Shown here: positions 59,606 to 64,000 of the stretch, in pieces
How the letters are laid out: the number at the start of each line of letters is the position of its first letter
How positions within the stretch are numbered: the first letter of the stretch is position 1
Position numbers and translations under genes: made by a program
Notes under the pieces: generated by a model
Database searches by the model: none
What the model was told of the DNA's origin: nothing
The model's input: the letters and a program-made list of their open reading frames with translations, nothing else
DNA from: Isosphaeraceae bacterium
GTDB taxonomy: Bacteria; Planctomycetota; Planctomycetia; Isosphaerales; Isosphaeraceae
Reading direction: 5' to 3'
Length of the DNA stretch: 64,000 nt
Assembly (NCBI GenBank): GCA_965201075.1
Contig: CBDAVP010000011.1
Location: 62,001-126,000 of the forward strand

Positions 59606-60277
59606 TCAGGCGTCCGCGGCCCGAGGGGCGAAGTTTCGGGCGGCCCATGCGCGAAGCCCGCGAACCCAGTCGGATTCCGCCAGGTTTTCGCCCAGGGCCA
59701 ACGCTTTCAGAACGAGAGCGGGGGTCAGCGTTGGCAATTCTCGACTTTCGGTCAAAAGCTCGTAGTGATCGCCCACGAGCCCGAGGAATCGCAGGCGCTT
59801 ACGGCGTGTCCTGTAGATCCAGACTTCGGGAACGCCAAGGCCCGCGAGGATGTCCAGGCGATCCTGGGCCGGGATGCGATTGTCCGCCTCGATCCAAAGG
59901 TCGGGCGGTAAATCGCCGGCATCCAGATCCGGGTCGCGGTCGAGTCGTAGCCTTCGCAGACTGGAAAGATAAAAGCTTTGGTCGGCCTCTTTCCCGCGTC
60001 CCTTGAACGGGTCGACACCGGACTTGCGAAAGGTCGTCGAGCCCGCGCCCTGGTAGCCGATCCCCAGAGTTTCACAGACGGTCGTCACAATGATGCGAAG
60101 GCGGCCCGAGGGCAGTTCGTGACGGAGTAAGTGCGGCGACACGATTTGCAGGACCCCATCGTTGTAGGCCATGCGGAGATGCCGGTTCGCGTCGTTCCGG
60201 ACGAGCCGGACGTACATCCGGAAGGGAACGTCGTACAGAACCTTCACATCGCGATGGCGGCTGTCAACGGTGGCCAT
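59606..60277 (-). CDS. Uma2 family (PD-(D/E)XK) protein
   Basis: GSTTFRK, EADQSFY, PPDLWIE, LGVPEVWIY. Confidence 0.88.
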   Translation of the reverse strand: MATVDSRHRDVKVLYDVPFRMYVRLVRNDANRHLRMAYNDGVLQIVSPHLLRHELPSGRLRIIVTTVCETLGIGYQGAGSTTFRKSGVDPFKGRGKEADQSFYLSSLRRLRLDRDPDLDAGDLPPDLWIEADNRIPAQDRLDILAGLGVPEVWIYRTRRKRLRFLGLVGDHYELLTESRELPTLTPALVLKALALGENLAESDWVRGLRAWAARNFAPRAADA

Positions 60278-60320
60278 GAGGGATCTCCCCGCCGAGAATG
60301 CGGCAACCCGGCCCTTCGGT

Positions 60321-62048
60321 TCAGGAGAGGTTCATGCTCATGAGGAACTCGGCGTTGCTCTTGGTCTTGCGCATCCGGCCGGTGAGCAGTTCCATCGCCT
60401 CGACCGGGTTCATGTCGTTGAGGACCCTTCGCAGGATCCAGACCCGTCGTAGTTCCTCGGGGTCCATCAGCAACTCTTCCCGACGGGTGCCGGAACGGTT
60501 GACGTCGATGGCCGGCCAGATTCGCTTGTCGACCAGGCGGCGGTCGAGGTGCAACTCCATGTTGCCGGTGCCTTTGAATTCCTCGAAGATCACGTCGTCC
60601 ATCCGGCTGCCGGTGTCGACCAGGGCCGTGGCCAGAATGGTGAGGCTGCCGGCGTCCTCGATCTTCCGGGCGGCTCCGAAAAACCGCTTGGGCTTCTGGA
60701 GGGCCGAGGCGTCGATGCCTCCCGAGAGAATCTTGCCGGAGTGCGGAGCCTCGGTGTTATACGCGCGGGCCAACCGGGTGATCGAGTCCAGCAGGATCAC
60801 CACGTCCCGCCCGTACTCGACCATCCGCTTGGCCTTCTCGATGACCATCTCGGCCACCTGGATGTGTCGGGAGGCCGGCTCGTCGAAGGTGGAGCTGATG
60901 ACCTCGGCCGTCGGTCCCTTGACCGACCGTTCCATCTCGGTCACTTCCTCGGGACGCTCGTCGATCAGCAGGACCATGACGTAGGCGTCAGGATTATTCG
61001 CCAGAACGCTATTGGCGACCTTCTGGAGAAGCACCGTCTTGCCCGTCCGGGGCGGAGCGACGATCAGGCCACGCTGACCCTTGCCCAGTGGGCTGACGAG
61101 GTCGACGACGCGCATGTTGACGTCGTCGCCCGAGGTTTCCAGTTGGATTCGCCCGCTCGGGTGCATGGCGGTCAGATCGTCAAAGCCCACCTTCTCGCTG
61201 AGCTTGTCGGGGTCTTCGTAGTTGATCGCCTCGACCCTCAGGAGAGCGAAGTAGCGCTCGTTCTCCTTGGGAGGGCGGATCTGGCCGGCAACGATCGCGC
61301 CGGTCTTGAGGCCGAAGCGGCGGATCTGACTGGGCGAGACGTAGATGTCGTCGGGGCAGGGGAGGTAGTTGTAATCGGGGCTGCGGAGGAAGCCGAACCC
61401 GTCGGGCAGGACTTCCAAGGTCCCTTCGCCGAACATCAGGCCGTTCTGCTTGACCCGTTCCTTGAGGATCTTGAAGATCAGGTCCTGCTTCTTCAGACCA
61501 GTGTACTCGGCGACCCCTTCCCCCTTCGCGGTGCGAAGAAGTTGGGGCATGGTCATCTTTTGCAGCTCGGTGAGATGAATCTCGCCGCGTTTGATGTCTT
61601 CGTAGCGGTCGTGAATCTCCGTATCGCCGAAGAGATCGTCGTCCTCGGGGAGTCCGGCCATCGGCGGCTCGATGGATCCCAGCGAACCGGACGAGGGCGC
61701 AGGGAAGGAAGTATCCTCCGGCTCGTCCTCGTGGGTCGTCAAGCCGTTGCCAAAGGTCTGCCGTTCGGCGCGGGCGTAGGAGGGGGCGACCGGTGACTCC
61801 CGGTGGGACGACGGGGCGGGTTCCCGCTCGACGCGCTCTCGCTGGATGCGGTCACGGAGGGAAGGGCCTGGCTCTCGCTCGACCCGATAGCGAGTGGTCG
61901 CGTCACGAGGTCCCGCGGCGGTATCGGCGGCGTCGAGGCCGTGGGCGCTGCCGTCAAGATTGACCGGGTCGGTGGATGGGGCGGCCGGGGAGGAGCGACG
62001 GATCCGGGTCGAGCCGGGCTCCCGACGGGGGCGGGTCTCGTCAGGCAT
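60321..62048 (-). CDS. rho: Transcription termination factor Rho with long N-terminal extension
   Basis: [49 protein letters not shown]. Confidence 0.97.
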   Translation of the reverse strand: MPDETRPRREPGSTRIRRSSPAAPSTDPVNLDGSAHGLDAADTAAGPRDATTRYRVEREPGPSLRDRIQRERVEREPAPSSHRESPVAPSYARAERQTFGNGLTTHEDEPEDTSFPAPSSGSLGSIEPPMAGLPEDDDLFGDTEIHDRYEDIKRGEIHLTELQKMTMPQLLRTAKGEGVAEYTGLKKQDLIFKILKERVKQNGLMFGEGTLEVLPDGFGFLRSPDYNYLPCPDDIYVSPSQIRRFGLKTGAIVAGQIRPPKENERYFALLRVEAINYEDPDKLSEKVGFDDLTAMHPSGRIQLETSGDDVNMRVVDLVSPLGKGQRGLIVAPPRTGKTVLLQKVANSVLANNPDAYVMVLLIDERPEEVTEMERSVKGPTAEVISSTFDEPASRHIQVAEMVIEKAKRMVEYGRDVVILLDSITRLARAYNTEAPHSGKILSGGIDASALQKPKRFFGAARKIEDAGSLTILATALVDTGSRMDDVIFEEFKGTGNMELHLDRRLVDKRIWPAIDVNRSGTRREELLMDPEELRRVWILRRVLNDMNPVEAMELLTGRMRKTKSNAEFLMSMNLS

Positions 62049-62052
62049 GATG

Positions 62053-62868
62053 TCAGGTCTCCTCGTCAAGCCGGCGGCCGGGAAGGGAGCGAGCGGTGGG
62101 TTGCGGAGTCGGGGTCGGAGTGGCGGACGGGGGGGTTGGCGGAGTCGGGCCATCTCGGAGGGGGTGGACCGGTGGACGGCGAGGCGTCGGAGACGGGGAA
62201 CGGGGTGGCGGTCCGACCACCTTGTCCCAAAATCCGGCCACCTCGGTCCGAAGTGCTTCCAGGTCGGAATCGTTGCGCACGACGAGTCCGGCTCGCTGCC
62301 GCTTGATGGCTTCCGACAATTGCGCTCGTTCGCGAGCTTCCAATGTCGCGGCGTCCCAACCTCGTTGCGAGGCAAGTCGGGCCAACCGCGACTCGGCTGG
62401 GGCGTCGACGAAAACGACGCGGTCGCACAGGTCGTCCCAACCGGCCTCGTACAGGATCGCGGCGTCAAGGACGATGGCTCGGACCTCGGCCTTTCGGGCG
62501 GCCCGAAGAATCGCTCGCTCGAACGTCTTGCGCATCCGAGGATGAAGAATCTCTTCCAGGTCTCGGCGAGCCGGAGGATGCTCGAAGACGATCGCGCCGA
62601 GCCGACGACGGTCGATCACGCCATCGGGCCCGACCACCTCGGGACCGAACCGATCCACGACCGCCTCAAAGGCCGGCCGTTGAGTCAACAACGCATGGCC
62701 AATGGCGTCGGCGTCGAGCACCTGGGCCCCCAACTCGCTGAGTTCCGCCGCCACGGCGCTTTTGCCAGCGCCCATGCCGCCGACCAGTCCAAGGACCGGC
62801 AACGGCCCGTGCTTCCAGGGGCCTCGCGGGCGGCGTGTTCCGGAAGGGCGGCGGGCGTAGCGGGCCAT
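62053..62868 (-). CDS. coaE: Dephospho-CoA kinase
   Basis: [37 protein letters not shown]; start uncertain. Confidence 0.92.
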   Translation of the reverse strand: MARYARRPSGTRRPRGPWKHGPLPVLGLVGGMGAGKSAVAAELSELGAQVLDADAIGHALLTQRPAFEAVVDRFGPEVVGPDGVIDRRRLGAIVFEHPPARRDLEEILHPRMRKTFERAILRAARKAEVRAIVLDAAILYEAGWDDLCDRVVFVDAPAESRLARLASQRGWDAATLEARERAQLSEAIKRQRAGLVVRNDSDLEALRTEVAGFWDKVVGPPPRSPSPTPRRPPVHPLRDGPTPPTPPSATPTPTPQPTARSLPGRRLDEET

Positions 62869-63185
62869 GATCGTGGGGGCGAAACCCAAGGGGAATGCCG
62901 GCGGGACGGTCCGGGGGACGTGGCCAATCGGCCAGGACTCCCGGGCGGAGCACCGGGGACGAGGTGGGGACCGCGGATGGAGTCGAGTCGAGGGTTGTCG
63001 GGAAAAGGGGTGGGTTCGGAGTCGTGAGCGATCGGCCGGTCCGACGATTGGCGGAAGGGGTTGCGGCCAATTTCGGTCTGAGGAGGCGTAGGGCGGTCCG
63101 AAGGGCAGGGCTGGACGATCGGACATTTTTGTTTATACGACATCTCCCGGCGCGATGCAACCACCGAGTCCCAATCTCCTCCGAA

Positions 63186-64000
63186 TTACCCTGGAGGCTC
63201 GACCTGATCTTCCACTTCCAGCCAGTTTGGCCCCACGGCCACGTCCACTTTCAAAGGGACCTCGAATCGCATCGCCCCGGTCATCGCCTCGCGGGCCAGT
63301 TTCGTCAGGATGGGGATCTCGGCGTAAGGAACCTCGAACAGCAATTCGTCGTGGATCTGAAGGAGCATCCGGGCCGCCAGTCCCTCGGCCTTGAGCCGGC
63401 GGTCGACTTCCAGCATCGCTCTTTTGATCAGGTCGGCCGCCGTCCCTTGTATGGGGGTGTTCACCGCCAGCCGTCCGGCCAGGTCGAGGTTGCGCGGCGA
63501 GAGGCTTTTGATCCCAGAGATCGATCGACGACGACCCAGCATCGTTTCGACCCGCCCAGCCGCCTGCGTCTCCTTGAGCGTCCGGGTCATGAACGCCTCG
63601 ACCCCGGCATATTCCTGGAAATAGGCGTCGATGAACTTCGCCGCCTCCGACTGGCTGATCCCCAACCTCGCCGACAGCCCGTACGGCTTGATCCCGTAGA
63701 CGATCCCGAAGTTGACCGTCTTGGCCACCCGCCTCTGCGACGAGGTCACCGCCGACTCGGCGACTCCGAAGATCCTTGAAGCGACCACCGAGTGAATGTC
63801 GCGGTCCTCGGCGAACGCCTGCCGGAGCGCTGGGTCTTGCGAGTAGTGGGCCAGGATGCGCAGCTCGATCTGTGAATAATCGGCCGTCAGCAACGACCAT
63901 CCGGGCTCTCCAGGAACAAACGCCTGGCGGATCTGCCGGCCATCCTCGGTTCTCACCGGGATGTTCTGGAGGTTCGGGTCCGACGAGCTGAGTCGGCCGG
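63186..64000 (-). CDS. polA: DNA polymerase I, C-terminal part (truncated at window edge)
   Basis: PNLQNIP, ADYSQIELRILAH, AKTVNFGIVYG, NTPIQGTAAD, QIHDEL. Confidence 0.98.
   Translation of the reverse strand, partial: GRLSSSDPNLQNIPVRTEDGRQIRQAFVPGEPGWSLLTADYSQIELRILAHYSQDPALRQAFAEDRDIHSVVASRIFGVAESAVTSSQRRVAKTVNFGIVYGIKPYGLSARLGISQSEAAKFIDAYFQEYAGVEAFMTRTLKETQAAGRVETMLGRRRSISGIKSLSPRNLDLAGRLAVNTPIQGTAADLIKRAMLEVDRRLKAEGLAARMLLQIHDELLFEVPYAEIPILTKLAREAMTGAMRFEVPLKVDVAVGPNWLEVEDQVEPPG

Noticed and set aside
59606..60277. Uma2 gene as a restriction or defence system
   Set aside because: A solitary member of a family that is commonly expanded in planctomycetes, with no methylase or partner gene nearby

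Overview
High-GC bacterial DNA whose gene content points to a Planctomycete, probably Isosphaerales-like: LExRxL-type secreted proteins, a YTV-repeat protein, a PEP-CTERM protein and a PV-type microcompartment. Most of the window is core genome: the infB end, rbfA, yebC, dapL, folK, smpB-ssrA, argD-argF-rph, rdgB, argJ, larB-nnrD, mutM, an S1 protein, ribH, rho, coaE and the polA end. It also carries a complete Planctomycetes/Verrucomicrobia bacterial microcompartment (BMC) operon at 41880-52476 on the minus strand. About 11 kb of accessory DNA lies between the convergent tmRNA and tRNA-Leu(TAA) genes. It consists of a five-gene cassette of unknown function and a 6.5-kb integrated element bounded by a 56-bp tRNA duplication. 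The element encodes a nonsense-broken tyrosine integrase, an excisionase-like HTH, a small putative ssDNA-binding protein, a prim-pol/helicase and one small ORF. The most striking unexplained structure is inside this element. A dyad-symmetric origin-like module (iterons, hairpin, AT-rich core, hairpin, iterons) is embedded in-frame in the primase gene. A second, oppositely arranged pair of the same motifs is embedded in the integrase gene, almost diametrically opposite on the excised circle. Other notable signals are a 10-bp-phased palindromic operator-like array upstream of the BMC DeoR regulator, an extra class-I-aldolase-like gene coupled to the BMC operon, and a mirror-symmetric YTV protein. 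All family calls come from motif recognition by eye; no database searches were run.
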